A stretch of DNA of 64,000 bases from an uncultured Acidimicrobiaceae bacterium (GCA_947259365.1 CAMYMC010000026.1:75162-139161); one strand, 5' to 3'; shown: positions 9,625 through 19,277, numbered from the stretch's first letter. The notes: generated by a model from the letters alone, not told the origin. Translations and numbers: made by a program.

Positions 9625-10859
9625 AGGTCCTCCGCCGCCGGTTCGCTCGCCGCTTCCAACGGCGGCGCCAGGATGCGGAAGACCACCGGCGAGAAGATCG
9701 CGGTGACGCCGACGAGCATGATCGCGCCCGCCTCGAACGCCTCGTCGATGAGCCCGAGCTCGAGGCCGAACTCGGCGAGGGCGATGATGACGCTGAGCTG
9801 GCCGGCGAGCAGCACCCCCGATGCCAGCGCTTCCTTGAAGCCGAGCCCGCGCGCCATGAAGAGCAGAGACGGCACGAGCTTGGCGACGACGGCGACGGCG
9901 ATGAGGGCGAGCGCCCGGCCCAGAACGGAGAAGTCGGCGAGCTCGCCGAGCGGAAAGGCGATCCCGACGTTGATGAAGAACACCGGGATGAAGAACCCGT
10001 AAGCGAACGCACCGAGGCGTGACTCCAGCTCACCGGTGTCTCGGAACACGAACGCGAACATCGCCCCGGCGAGGAACGCCCCGAGGATCGCCTCGACGTC
10101 GAGGGCGATGGAGATCCCGACGAAGACGAACAGCAGCGCCAGGCTGGCGCGGATCCCGAGCTCATCCGGGTCGTGGGACGCGAAGAGCCGCTCGAAGCGC
10201 TCAGGGAACCACCACGCCGACCGGCGCAAGAGGAGAAGTGCCGCACCCATCACAGCGAACAAGATTGGGACCTGGAGAAGGGCGAACCCGAATCCGGACT
10301 CGACGAAGACCCCGAAGACGACGATGCCGACCGCCGAGAGGAACTCGGCGAGGACCGCCGTCACCAGCGTGAGCTGGCCCAGCCTGGTGCCGGTCCGCCC
10401 GGTGGCGCGAAGTGCGGGGATGACGATTCCCAGCGAGGCGGCAGACGTGAGCAGGGTGAGGAAGAACCGCTGGTCGTTCGACTCCGTCTCCAGGAGGCCG
10501 AAGCCGAACCACGCCGCCACCATGATGAGCCCGAAGACGGCGAGCCCGGTGAGCACCGGGCCGACACCCTGGCGCTCGAGCCGCTCGAAGTCCACCTCGA
10601 ATCCGGCGAGGAACATGAGGAGGAGCAGACCGAGCTCGGCGAGCAGCTCGATGAAGAGCGCATCTGCGGACGCGGACCGGATGAGGTTGAGCACCTGGGG
10701 CCCGAGCGCCAGGCCGTAGAGGAGCTCGAGCACCACAGCGGGCAGGCCGAAGCGCCGCGCGACGACGGGGAGGAGGAAGGCGCCGGCGCCGATGAGCACG
10801 AACCCGCCGGCCGACGGGATGATCCGGCCCGCCTCGGCGGCGGCGAGGACGGCACTCAT
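9621..10859 (-). CDS. cation:proton antiporter (CPA2 / Kef-type Na+/H+ or K+/H+ exchanger)
   Basis: 413 aa from the ATG at 10859, which overlaps the stop of the upstream RCK gene (ATGA). About 12 TM helices. The 71-aa N-terminal extension in the track ORF is Gly/Pro/Arg junk. Confidence 0.8.
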   Translation of the reverse strand: MSAVLAAAEAGRIIPSAGGFVLIGAGAFLLPVVARRFGLPAVVLELLYGLALGPQVLNLIRSASADALFIELLAELGLLLLMFLAGFEVDFERLERQGVGPVLTGLAVFGLIMVAAWFGFGLLETESNDQRFFLTLLTSAASLGIVIPALRATGRTGTRLGQLTLVTAVLAEFLSAVGIVVFGVFVESGFGFALLQVPILFAVMGAALLLLRRSAWWFPERFERLFASHDPDELGIRASLALLFVFVGISIALDVEAILGAFLAGAMFAFVFRDTGELESRLGAFAYGFFIPVFFINVGIAFPLGELADFSVLGRALALIAVAVVAKLVPSLLFMARGLGFKEALASGVLLAGQLSVIIALAEFGLELGLIDEAFEAGAIMLVGVTAIFSPVVFRILAPPLEAASEPAAEDL

Positions 10860-12301
10860 GGCCGGGACGGGATCAACAGCACCGACGAGCGCACCCGGGG
10901 CAGGAGATGACCGGTGATGCCCGGGAGGAGCGGGTTGAGGGGCAGGTCCGGCATGGCGAGGACGAGAAGGCTGGCCGTGGCCGCGAACTCCTCGAGGATC
11001 CGGACGGGGTTGCCTCTCCGCAGCCGTCGGGTCATCGCCACCCCCTGCACCGCAGCCTCCTCCCGCAGCCACGCCGCGGAACGCCTCGCCTCCTCGAGCG
11101 TGTCTCCCGTGCCGACGAACGACGGAGACACCGCAGACACCCCGATGAGGGTGGCGCCGCTCGTCCGGGCGAGGTCGATGGCGCCGCGACCCGCCGCCTC
11201 ACCGGCGCCGGTGCGTCGCGCCGGGACGACGATCGACGCATAGGGATGGCGGCCCCTGGTGAGGAGGACGGGCACATCGAGCTGGCCGTAGACGTTGACG
11301 AGCCGGGCGGCCCTTCGCCGCCCCCAGAACCGTCGCCCTTCGGGGGCGCCCACCACGAGCACCCCGATGCTCTCACGCTGGGCGAGATCGAGCAGCCCGC
11401 GCTCGAGGTCGCCGGAGGTGGGGCGCAACTCGATCTCGACGCCCTCCGCTCGCTCGGTGAGCTGGTCGAGAAGCGCCTGGTGGGACTCCGCCCGTTCCTG
11501 GTCGCGCTCAACCATCGTGTCGGGGTGGACGACGATGAGCGCCTCCGCGCGGGAGTTACGCACGACCGAGATCGCCTCCGACACCGTCGTGTCGAAGTCG
11601 CGTTCGGATCCGAGGGCCACCGCCGCCTTGCGGCCGAAGTTGAGCGGGAACCTCGACTCGCCTGCGGTGAACGTCTCGACGATCGCAGCGAAGTCGGCTG
11701 CCGCCCCGACGACGGTGACCCGATCGCCGGACTCGAGTGACGTCGAGCCCTTCGGAATGATCAGCTCGTCACCCCGCAACACCGCGGCGACGACCCACGT
11801 CTCCGAGTGGAGCTGGCGGAGCCGCTTGCCGCGTACGGGGGAATCGGGCGAGATCCTGAACTCCATGGCCTCGGCCTTGCCATCGGCGAACGTCGTCGAC
11901 GCAACCCGCCTCGGCTCGAGCAGCACCTCGACCTGGCGGGCGGTCAGCGAGTCGGGGGCGAACACGGGGACATCGAGCGCGCGGTACTCCGCGATGCGCT
12001 CGGGATCGGCCGCCACCGCCGCGACCCGCAGCAGCCCGGCGTCCCTGGCGATTCGCACCGCCTCGAGATTCACGTCGTCGTCGTTGGTGGCGGCGACGAG
12101 CGCATCGGCGTTCTCGAGCCCGGCCCGCCGGAGCACGAGCCCGCTCGACCCGTCCCCGGGGACCGGCTCGATGTCGCGCACCGCCCCTGCCAGCTCGAGC
12201 CGGACGGGATCGGCGTCGACGACGGCGACTTCCCACAGCTCCCCGAGCCTGCGCAGGAGCTCGCGGGTCGTGCCGCCGGCTCCGACCACGATCGCTTTCA
12301 A
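10856..12301 (-). CDS. RCK/TrkA-N + TrkA-C regulatory protein fused to tandem universal stress protein (Usp) domains
   Basis: N-terminal MKAIVVGAGGTTRELL Rossmann (TrkA-N). C-terminal half has two Usp-like repeats. Coupled to the antiporter. Confidence 0.7.
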   Translation of the reverse strand: MKAIVVGAGGTTRELLRRLGELWEVAVVDADPVRLELAGAVRDIEPVPGDGSSGLVLRRAGLENADALVAATNDDDVNLEAVRIARDAGLLRVAAVAADPERIAEYRALDVPVFAPDSLTARQVEVLLEPRRVASTTFADGKAEAMEFRISPDSPVRGKRLRQLHSETWVVAAVLRGDELIIPKGSTSLESGDRVTVVGAAADFAAIVETFTAGESRFPLNFGRKAAVALGSERDFDTTVSEAISVVRNSRAEALIVVHPDTMVERDQERAESHQALLDQLTERAEGVEIELRPTSGDLERGLLDLAQRESIGVLVVGAPEGRRFWGRRRAARLVNVYGQLDVPVLLTRGRHPYASIVVPARRTGAGEAAGRGAIDLARTSGATLIGVSAVSPSFVGTGDTLEEARRSAAWLREEAAVQGVAMTRRLRRGNPVRILEEFAATASLLVLAMPDLPLNPLLPGITGHLLPRVRSSVLLIPSRP

Positions 12302-12335
12302 TGGCTCTCCTGCGGTGGGATCAGTGAGCCGGCAT

Positions 12336-12356
12336 TATCGCGGCGCCGGCCGCGAT
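12336..12356 (-). terminator. GC-rich dyad (ATCGCGG-N7-CCGCGAT) just downstream of the LLM oxidoreductase gene
   Basis: Inverted repeat read directly in the 67-bp gap between two minus-strand genes. No U-tract. Confidence 0.25.
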
Positions 12357-12368
12357 CGCGGCGGCTCC

Positions 12369-13373
12369 TCAACCGTTCACGGCCGGGATCACCTCGCGGC
12401 CGTACGCTTCGAGGGTGGCTTCCTGCGCGTCGTGCATGAGGTAGATGCCGAACTGATCGACGCCCATGTCCCTCAGCAGAGACAGCTTCGCGACGTGATC
12501 GGCGGCGGTTCCGAGCACGCAGAACCGGTCCACGATCTCGTCGGGAACGAAGTCGGTGGAGGGGTTGCCGGCGCGACCGTGATGGTCGTAGTCGTAGCCC
12601 TCGCGTGCGCGGATGTAGTCGCTGAGGGCCCGGGGAACCTTCGCATCGTCCTCGCCGTACCGTTTCACCATGTCGGCGACGTGGTTCCCGACCATGCCCC
12701 CGAACCAGCGCAGCTCCTCCCGCTGGTGGTGGATGTCGTCGCCGACGTAGGCGGGCGCCACGACGCACACCGAGATCTCGCCGGGGTCCCGACCCGCCTC
12801 GGCAGCGGCCTCACGGACCGCGTTCAGGGTCCACTCCAGGACCTGCGGATCAGCGAGCTGGAGGATGAAGCCGTCGGCGTGACGGCCCACGGTCGCCAGC
12901 GCCTTCGGCCCGTAGCCGGCGGCCCACATCGGCAATTCCCAACCCTGCTCGATCCACGGGATGCGCAGCGCCTTGCCGTTGTACTCGACCTCTTCACCGG
13001 CGACGAGGGCCTTGATGACCCGCATCGACTCGGCCATCGTCGCCAGCGTCGTTGGCGGACGGCCGATGTAGCGAAGGGCGGAGTCGCCCCGGCCCATCCC
13101 GCAGATCGTCCGTCCGCCCGACATGTCGTTGAGAGTGGCGAAGAGCGACGCCAGCACGGTCCAGTCCCGGGTCCCCGGGTTCGTGACCATCGGACCCACG
13201 GTCATCGACTCGGTCGCCGCGAGGATCCGGGCGTAGATCACGAACGGCTCCTGCCAGAGCACGTGGGAGTCGAAGGTCCACCCATACGTGAAGCCGTTTC
13301 TCTCGGCGAGCGACGCGAGCTCGACGACCCGGCTCGCCGGAGGGTCCGTCTGGAGTACCACGCCGAAGTCCAT
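12369..13373 (-). CDS. luciferase-like monooxygenase (LLM) family, F420-dependent oxidoreductase class
   Basis: 334 aa from the internal ATG at 13373 (MDFGVVLQTDPP...). TIM-barrel LLM architecture typical of actinobacterial F420-dependent reductases. The upstream 70 aa of the track ORF is not coding. Confidence 0.65.
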   Translation of the reverse strand: MDFGVVLQTDPPASRVVELASLAERNGFTYGWTFDSHVLWQEPFVIYARILAATESMTVGPMVTNPGTRDWTVLASLFATLNDMSGGRTICGMGRGDSALRYIGRPPTTLATMAESMRVIKALVAGEEVEYNGKALRIPWIEQGWELPMWAAGYGPKALATVGRHADGFILQLADPQVLEWTLNAVREAAAEAGRDPGEISVCVVAPAYVGDDIHHQREELRWFGGMVGNHVADMVKRYGEDDAKVPRALSDYIRAREGYDYDHHGRAGNPSTDFVPDEIVDRFCVLGTAADHVAKLSLLRDMGVDQFGIYLMHDAQEATLEAYGREVIPAVNG

Positions 13374-13441
13374 CGTCGACCTCGTCAGCTCAGCGGGCGC
13401 CGCGGATCGGCGTCCGATCGGGACGGGACGGCCGGGAACGC

Positions 13442-14935
13442 TCATCCATGCTGGGGGAACCCGAGGTCGACGCCCCGGTGGATCGGGTCCGGCCAGCGGC
13501 TGATGACGACCTTCTGCCGAGTGTAGAAGTGGACGCCCTCGGGGCCGTAGATCGCATGGCTCCCGAAGATGGAGTCCTTCCACCCCCCGAAGGAGTAGAA
13601 CGAGAGCGGCACCGGGATCGGCACATTGATGCCGACCATGCCGACCTGGATCTCGTTCTGGAACTTGCGGGCGGCGCCGCCGTCGTTGGTGAACACCGCC
13701 GTCCCGTTGCCGTACGGGTTGTCGTTGATGAGCTTGATCGCATCCTCGTAGTGCTCGACGCGGACCGTCGACAGCACCGGGCCGAAGATCTCGTCCTTGT
13801 AGATGGACATCGCCGGCGTCACGTTGTCGAACAGCGTGGCGCCGATGAAGAAGCCGTCCTCGTAGCCCTCGACCCGCATCCCGCGCCCGTCGGTGACGAT
13901 CGTCGCCCCCTCTGCTTCCCCGGCGTCGACGTAGCCCGCTACCCGGTCCCGGTGCTCGGCGGTGATGAGCGGGCCCATCTCGGCGCCCTCCTCCTCACCC
14001 GGCGCGATCTTCAGCTTCGCGATCCGTTCCTGCATCTTGGGGATGAGCCGATCGGCGGCGTCGCCGACGGTGACGACCACCGAGATCGCCATGCAGCGCT
14101 CCCCGGCGGATCCGTAGCCCGCAGACACCGCGGAGTCGGCGGCGAGGTCCATGTCGGCGTCGGGGAGCACGATCATGTGGTTCTTGGCGCCGCCGAGGGC
14201 CTGGACGCGCTTGCCCGCCGCCGTGCCCTCGGTGTAGATGTAGCGGGCGATCGGAGTCGAGCCGACGAAGGAGATCGCGGCGACATCGGGGTGCTCGAGC
14301 AGGGCGTCGACGGCGACCTTGTCGCCGTGGACGATGTTGAACACCCCGTCGGGAAGCCCGGCCTCGGCAAGGAGCTCGGCCGAGAGCTGCGACGGCGACG
14401 GGTCCTTCTCCGACGGCTTGAGCACGAAGGTGTTGCCGCACGCGATCGCGATCGGGTACATCCACATCGGGACCATCGCGGGGAAGTTGAACGGGGTGAT
14501 GCCCGCCACCACCCCGAGCGGCTGCCGGATCGTGTACGTGTCGACGCTCGTGGACACCTGCTCCGAATAGTCGCCCTTGAGCAGATGGGCGATGTTGCAG
14601 GCGAACTCGATGACCTCGAGGCCGCGCTGGACCTCTCCCAGCGCGTCGTCGAGGGTCTTGCCGTGCTCTGCGGTCAACGCCCGCGCCAGGTCCATGCGAT
14701 GCCGGGCGACGAGCTCGCGGTAGGCGAACATGATGCTCTGCCGTCTCGCCAGCGCCGAGTCCCGCCACGTCTCGAAGGCCTGCTTCGCCGTTCGCACCGT
14801 CAGATCGACGTCCTCCGCAGTGGCGAAGGCCACCTCGGCCGTCTGCTTCCCTGTCGCCGGGTTGTACACCGGCCCGGTGCGCCCCGGCGCGCCCGACGCC
14901 TCCACACCGTCGATCCAGTGGTTGATGAGCTTCAT
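13442..14935 (-). CDS. mmsA: CoA-acylating methylmalonate/malonate-semialdehyde dehydrogenase
   Basis: 497 aa from the ATG at 14935 (MKLINHWIDG...). Full-length aldehyde dehydrogenase match, catalytic Cys in the GERCMA motif. Confidence 0.85.
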   Translation of the reverse strand: MKLINHWIDGVEASGAPGRTGPVYNPATGKQTAEVAFATAEDVDLTVRTAKQAFETWRDSALARRQSIMFAYRELVARHRMDLARALTAEHGKTLDDALGEVQRGLEVIEFACNIAHLLKGDYSEQVSTSVDTYTIRQPLGVVAGITPFNFPAMVPMWMYPIAIACGNTFVLKPSEKDPSPSQLSAELLAEAGLPDGVFNIVHGDKVAVDALLEHPDVAAISFVGSTPIARYIYTEGTAAGKRVQALGGAKNHMIVLPDADMDLAADSAVSAGYGSAGERCMAISVVVTVGDAADRLIPKMQERIAKLKIAPGEEEGAEMGPLITAEHRDRVAGYVDAGEAEGATIVTDGRGMRVEGYEDGFFIGATLFDNVTPAMSIYKDEIFGPVLSTVRVEHYEDAIKLINDNPYGNGTAVFTNDGGAARKFQNEIQVGMVGINVPIPVPLSFYSFGGWKDSIFGSHAIYGPEGVHFYTRQKVVISRWPDPIHRGVDLGFPQHG

Positions 14936-14952
14936 CGCAGTCTCCGTGGTGG

Positions 14953-16380
14953 CTAGATGAGACAGTCGCTCGTACCGCGCTTGAGGTACCGGCCGTCTCC
15001 CTTGCGCCCCACATACTGGTCGTTCTCGACGACGACCTTGCCGCGCGACAGGACGACGTCGGGCTTGCCGTTGATCTCCATGCCGTCGTAGGCCGTGTAG
15101 TCGATGTTCATGTGGATCGTGTCGGGGGTGTACACGAACGAGGCCGACGGGTCGTAGACGACGATGTCGGCGTCCGAGCCGACGGCGATCGTCCCCTTGT
15201 TCGGGTACATGCCGAACATCTTCGCCGGCGTCGTGCAGCACACGTCGACCCAGCGGTTGAGGCTGAGCCTGCCCTCGACGACGCCGCCCTGGTACATGAC
15301 GTTGAGACGCTCCTCGACCCCCGGCAGGCCGTTGGGGATGAGCGTGAAGTTGCCCTCCCCCAGCCGCTTCTGGCGGCCCATCGTCTCGTCGTCGTCGTAG
15401 AAGAACCCGGCGTGGTCGGTGGACACGATCTGCAGGTCGCCGCGCGCCAGCGCGTTCCACAGGTACTCCTGGTGGCCCTCGGAACGGGGGCGGATCGGCG
15501 TCGAGCACACGTACTTCGCCCCCTCGAACCCGGGCGCCGAGACGTGGTCTTCCCAGGAGAGGAACAGGTACTGGGGGCACGTCTCGCCGAAGACGTTGAG
15601 CCCGCGGTCGCGAGCCTCGGTCAGCTCGACAACGGCCTCCTTCGCCGACATGTGCACGACGTAGAGCGGCGCTCCGGCGAGCTCGGCGAGGGTGATGGCG
15701 CGGTGCACCGCCTCGGACTCCGTCGCCGGCGGCCTCGTCACGGTGTGGTACTTGGGATCGGTCTCGCCCCTGGCCACCGCCTGCTCGCGGAGGACGTCGA
15801 TCGCGATGCCGTTCTCGGCGTGCATCATGATCGTCGTGCCGCTGTCGGCGGCCTGCTGCATGGCCCGGAAGATCTCTCCGTCGTCCGAATAGAGAACGCC
15901 GGGGTACGCCATGAAGAGCTTGAAGCTCGTCACGCCCTCGTCGACGATCGCGTCCATCTCCTTGAGGCTCTCGTCGTTGATGTCCCCGACGATCATGTGG
16001 AAGCCGTAGTCGATCGCGCAGTTGCCCTCGGCCTTGCGCATCCAGTTCTCGAACCCCTCCATGACCCGCTCGCCCTTGACTTGGACGGCGAAGTCGACGA
16101 TCGACGTCGTCCCCCCGTGGGCGCCAGCGCGGGTGCCCGTCTCGAAGCTGTCCGACACGAAGGTCCCGCCGAAGGGCAACTCGAAGTGGGTATGAACGTC
16201 GATCGCACCGGGGATGACGTACTTGCCCGAGGCATCGATGACCCGGTCGGCGCCCTCGGCCCAGCCGTGCTCGCCGGCCGCGGCGATGCCGGCCACGACC
16301 TCGCCGTCGATGAGGACGTCGGCCTCCATCGTCTCGGTCGCCGTCACGACGGTCCCGCCGGTGATGACTGTGCGCGCCAT
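14953..16380 (-). CDS. dihydropyrimidinase / D-hydantoinase (cyclic amidohydrolase)
   Basis: 475 aa. Metal-binding DVHTH motif and full-length hydantoinase similarity. GGAGGGAG RBS 8 nt upstream of the ATG at 16380. Confidence 0.85.
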   Translation of the reverse strand: MARTVITGGTVVTATETMEADVLIDGEVVAGIAAAGEHGWAEGADRVIDASGKYVIPGAIDVHTHFELPFGGTFVSDSFETGTRAGAHGGTTSIVDFAVQVKGERVMEGFENWMRKAEGNCAIDYGFHMIVGDINDESLKEMDAIVDEGVTSFKLFMAYPGVLYSDDGEIFRAMQQAADSGTTIMMHAENGIAIDVLREQAVARGETDPKYHTVTRPPATESEAVHRAITLAELAGAPLYVVHMSAKEAVVELTEARDRGLNVFGETCPQYLFLSWEDHVSAPGFEGAKYVCSTPIRPRSEGHQEYLWNALARGDLQIVSTDHAGFFYDDDETMGRQKRLGEGNFTLIPNGLPGVEERLNVMYQGGVVEGRLSLNRWVDVCCTTPAKMFGMYPNKGTIAVGSDADIVVYDPSASFVYTPDTIHMNIDYTAYDGMEINGKPDVVLSRGKVVVENDQYVGRKGDGRYLKRGTSDCLI

Positions 16381-16402
16381 GTTCGCTCTCCCTCCGTGTG
16401 AT

Positions 16403-17698
16403 TCAGTCTGCAACGGCCCGGTGTACGGCGTCGCTCAACATCTCGAAGCCCTCCGCGGCCTCCTCCGAGGTCACGCTCAGGGGTGGAGCGATCCGCAGGA
16501 CGTTGCCGTAGAGCCCGCCCTTGCCGATGAGGAGCCCGGCGGCTCTCGCCTCTTCCATGACCCGCGCCGTGGTCGGCGGGTCCGGCTCGGTGCCGTCGGG
16601 GACGACGAACTCGACACCGACCATGAGCCCCTTGCCGCGCACGTCGCCGATGTTCGGCACTTCTTCGGAAAGCCGGTCGAGGTCTGCCCGGAGCTGCTGG
16701 CCCACCTTGGACGCGTTCGTCTGCAGGTCGTGCTCGAGCACGTACTCGAGGTTGGCGAGGGCCCCGGTCGTCGCCAGCGGGTTGCCACCGAAGGTGGATA
16801 TCGAGTTCGCCGCCAGACAGTCGATGATCTCGGCCCGACCGACGACGCCGGCGATGGCGAGACCATTTCCCAACCCCTTGGCGAACGTGAGCAGGTCCGG
16901 CGTCACGCCGTGGGCCTGGTATCCCCAGAAGTGCTCGCCGGTGCGACCCCAGCCGGTCTGCACCTCATCGGTGATGAAGAGGATGCCCTCCTCGTCGAGC
17001 ACCTCTTTGATGCCGCCGAAGAACCCGTCCGGGGGTGTGGCGAACCCGCCGACCCCCTGGATCGGCTCGGCGATGAGGCAGGCCACGTCGCCGGAGACGG
17101 CGACGTCGAGGAGGTCACGGAGATCTGCTTTGCACGCGTCGATGTACTCGCCGTCCGCCAGGTCACGGAAGGGGCTCCGGTAGCGGTAGCCGCTGTGGAC
17201 GTAGACGGTGTGGAACGGGGTCAGCTGGGTGGCCGACCAGGAGCGCTGGCCGGTGATGGCGACCGCCGAGTGCGACTTGCCGTGATAGCTGCCCCGCATC
17301 GCCAGCACCTGGTTCGAGCGCCGATACTGAGTCGCCATCATGAGCGCTGCGTCGTTGGCCTCCGTGCCCGAGTTCGTGAAGAACACCTTGGCGTCGGGGA
17401 TACCCGACAACGCGGCGATCTTCTCGGCGAGCGCGATCTGGGCCTCGATGAGGTACAGCGTCGACGTGTGAAGCATCCGGTCGGCCTGCGCTTTGATCGC
17501 GGCGACGACCTCGGGGATCTTGTAGCCGGTCATCGTGGTGAGGATGCCGCCGAAGAAGTCCAGATACCGGTTCCCCTCGGCGTCCCACACATGCCTTCCT
17601 TCGCCGTCGACGATGGAGATCGGCTCGGCGTAGTACAGCGCAAGCCATGACGGGAGGACGGCCCGGTGTCGCTCCAGGAGCTCGTCGTGGATTCCCAT
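16403..17698 (-). CDS. class-III (omega) aminotransferase, beta-alanine / 3-aminoisobutyrate : 2-oxoacid type
   Basis: 431 aa. PLP-lysine region (TFAKGLGNG). Sits between dihydropyrimidinase and beta-ureidopropionase. Confidence 0.75.
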   Translation of the reverse strand: MGIHDELLERHRAVLPSWLALYYAEPISIVDGEGRHVWDAEGNRYLDFFGGILTTMTGYKIPEVVAAIKAQADRMLHTSTLYLIEAQIALAEKIAALSGIPDAKVFFTNSGTEANDAALMMATQYRRSNQVLAMRGSYHGKSHSAVAITGQRSWSATQLTPFHTVYVHSGYRYRSPFRDLADGEYIDACKADLRDLLDVAVSGDVACLIAEPIQGVGGFATPPDGFFGGIKEVLDEEGILFITDEVQTGWGRTGEHFWGYQAHGVTPDLLTFAKGLGNGLAIAGVVGRAEIIDCLAANSISTFGGNPLATTGALANLEYVLEHDLQTNASKVGQQLRADLDRLSEEVPNIGDVRGKGLMVGVEFVVPDGTEPDPPTTARVMEEARAAGLLIGKGGLYGNVLRIAPPLSVTSEEAAEGFEMLSDAVHRAVAD

Positions 17699-17708
17699 GC
17701 CCGCCGGC

Positions 17709-18551
17709 CTACGGAGCGACCAGATCGCCGTACGCGTCCGGCCTGCGGTCCCGGTAGAACGCCCACGTCTTGCGGACCTCGTCGATCATGTCGAGATCGA
17801 GGTCGCGCACGACGAGCTCCTCCTCGGTGTCCGAGGCGGCGCCGCCGATGATCTGACCGCGCGGGTCGCAGAAGTAGGAGGAGCCGTAGTAGTCGTTGTC
17901 GCCGAACGGCTCCTTGCCGACCCGGTTGATGGCGCCGACGAAGTACTCGTTGGCGACGGCCGACGCCGGCTGCTCGAGGTTCCACAGGTACATCGACAGG
18001 CCCCTGCTCGTCGCCGACGGGTTGAAGACGATCTTGGCACCGTTGAGCCCGAGCGCCCTCCACCCCTCGGGAAAGTGCCGGTCGTAGCAGATGTACACCC
18101 CGATCCGCCCGACGGCGGTGTCGAAGATCGGATACCCCGTGTTGCCGGGGCGGAAGTAGTACTTCTCCCAGAAGCCGCTCACGTGGGGGATGTGCGTCTT
18201 GCGGTATTTGCCCAGGTAGGTTCCGTCGTCGTCGATGACGGCGGCGGTGTTGTAGAAGAAGCCGTCGTCCTGTTTCTCGAAGATCGGCACGACGAGCACC
18301 ATGGCCGTCTCCCGGGCGAGGTCCTGCATGAGCTTCGTCGTCGGCCCGTCCGGGATCGGCTCGGCATAGGTGAAGTGCGCGTCGTCCTGGACCGAGCAGA
18401 AGTAGGGGCTGTAGAACAGTTCCTGGAAGCACATGACGCGGGCGCCCTCTTCGGCGGCTTGGCGGGCGTAGTCCGCGTTCTTCTTGATCATCGATTCTTT
18501 GTCGCCGGTCCATTCCGTCTGGACGAGGGCGGCTCGAACGACGTTGGCCAT
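17709..18551 (-). CDS. nitrilase-superfamily beta-ureidopropionase / N-carbamoyl-amino-acid amidohydrolase
   Basis: 280 aa. Catalytic E, K (GKYRKTHIP) and C (GVYICYD) triad of carbon-nitrogen hydrolases. GGAGGAGG RBS. Confidence 0.8.
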   Translation of the reverse strand: MANVVRAALVQTEWTGDKESMIKKNADYARQAAEEGARVMCFQELFYSPYFCSVQDDAHFTYAEPIPDGPTTKLMQDLARETAMVLVVPIFEKQDDGFFYNTAAVIDDDGTYLGKYRKTHIPHVSGFWEKYYFRPGNTGYPIFDTAVGRIGVYICYDRHFPEGWRALGLNGAKIVFNPSATSRGLSMYLWNLEQPASAVANEYFVGAINRVGKEPFGDNDYYGSSYFCDPRGQIIGGAASDTEEELVVRDLDLDMIDEVRKTWAFYRDRRPDAYGDLVAP

Positions 18552-18627
18552 GCGGTCCTCCTCCGCGGGCGGCGCGGCGCCCGCTCACTGTCAGATCGTG
18601 CACCCAAACCTAGTTGCCGGGGCGCAC

Positions 18628-18657
18628 CCGGGGGGCGGACCGGTGCCCGCCCCCCGG
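18628..18657 (-). terminator. perfect 11-bp GC hairpin (CCGGGGGGCGG - loop 8 - CCGCCCCCCGG)
   Basis: Read directly. Lies about 180 nt downstream of the cytosine deaminase stop and upstream of the beta-ureidopropionase promoter region. No U-tract, as is common in actinobacterial terminators. Confidence 0.5.
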
Positions 18658-18833
18658 AACGGTGTAATGCGCCGTCGAGCTACTCGCCCCTGGGGCGCAG
18701 CTCGATCGTACGACGGCTCCACGACGAGCCGTCGACGTCGAGCCCGGCGCTGTCGAGCGTGGCGACGGCCGCCTCGGCGATGTCGGTGCGGACGTCCGCC
18801 GTCCCGGCGCCCTGTGGGCCCGGGAAGACCCTC

Positions 18834-19277
18834 TCATTCCCCGATGTCCTCGTCCCAGAGTTCGGGTCGGGCCGCGACGAAGGCCTCCATGAGCGCGACG
18901 CATTCGGGGTCGTCGACGACCTGGAGCTCGACACCGCGGCCGCGGAGGTGGTCCTCCGGGCCGCGGAACGTGCGGTTCTCGCCGGCAACGACCCTCGGGA
19001 TGCGGTAGAGGAGCACCGTGCCCGAGCACATCTCGCACGGCGACAGCGTCGAGTACAGCGTGGCCTTCCGGTAGGCCGATGCCGGGAGGCGGCCGGCGTT
19101 CTCGAGGCAGTCCATCTCCGCATGGAGGATCGCGCTGCCCTTCTGCACCCGCTGGTTGTGCCCCCGCCCCACGATCTCGCCGTCGACGACGAGCACGGAG
19201 CCGATCGGGATCCCGCCCTCGGCCAGCCCTGCCCTCGCCTCGGCGATGGCCGCGTCGAGGAACGGATCGGCCGTCAC
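18834..19277 (-). CDS. cytosine deaminase, yeast Fcy1-type (CDA-fold zinc deaminase)
   Basis: 147 aa from the GTG at 19277. Near-colinear match to Fcy1: GRGHN-R-QKGSA-LH-E---LEN-GRL ... TLY-TLSPC-MC-G ... VVDD--C ... F---RP--W-EDIGE. The Zn ligands H-E and PC..C are present. Confidence 0.85.
   Translation of the reverse strand: MTADPFLDAAIAEARAGLAEGGIPIGSVLVVDGEIVGRGHNQRVQKGSAILHAEMDCLENAGRLPASAYRKATLYSTLSPCEMCSGTVLLYRIPRVVAGENRTFRGPEDHLRGRGVELQVVDDPECVALMEAFVAARPELWDEDIGE

Noticed and set aside
17709-18551. Calling the nitrilase-family gene strictly D-carbamoylase of a hydantoinase process
   Set aside because: The family cannot be split by eye. Adjacency to the class-III aminotransferase and MmsA favours beta-ureidopropionase of pyrimidine catabolism. 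Both names are retained in the call.
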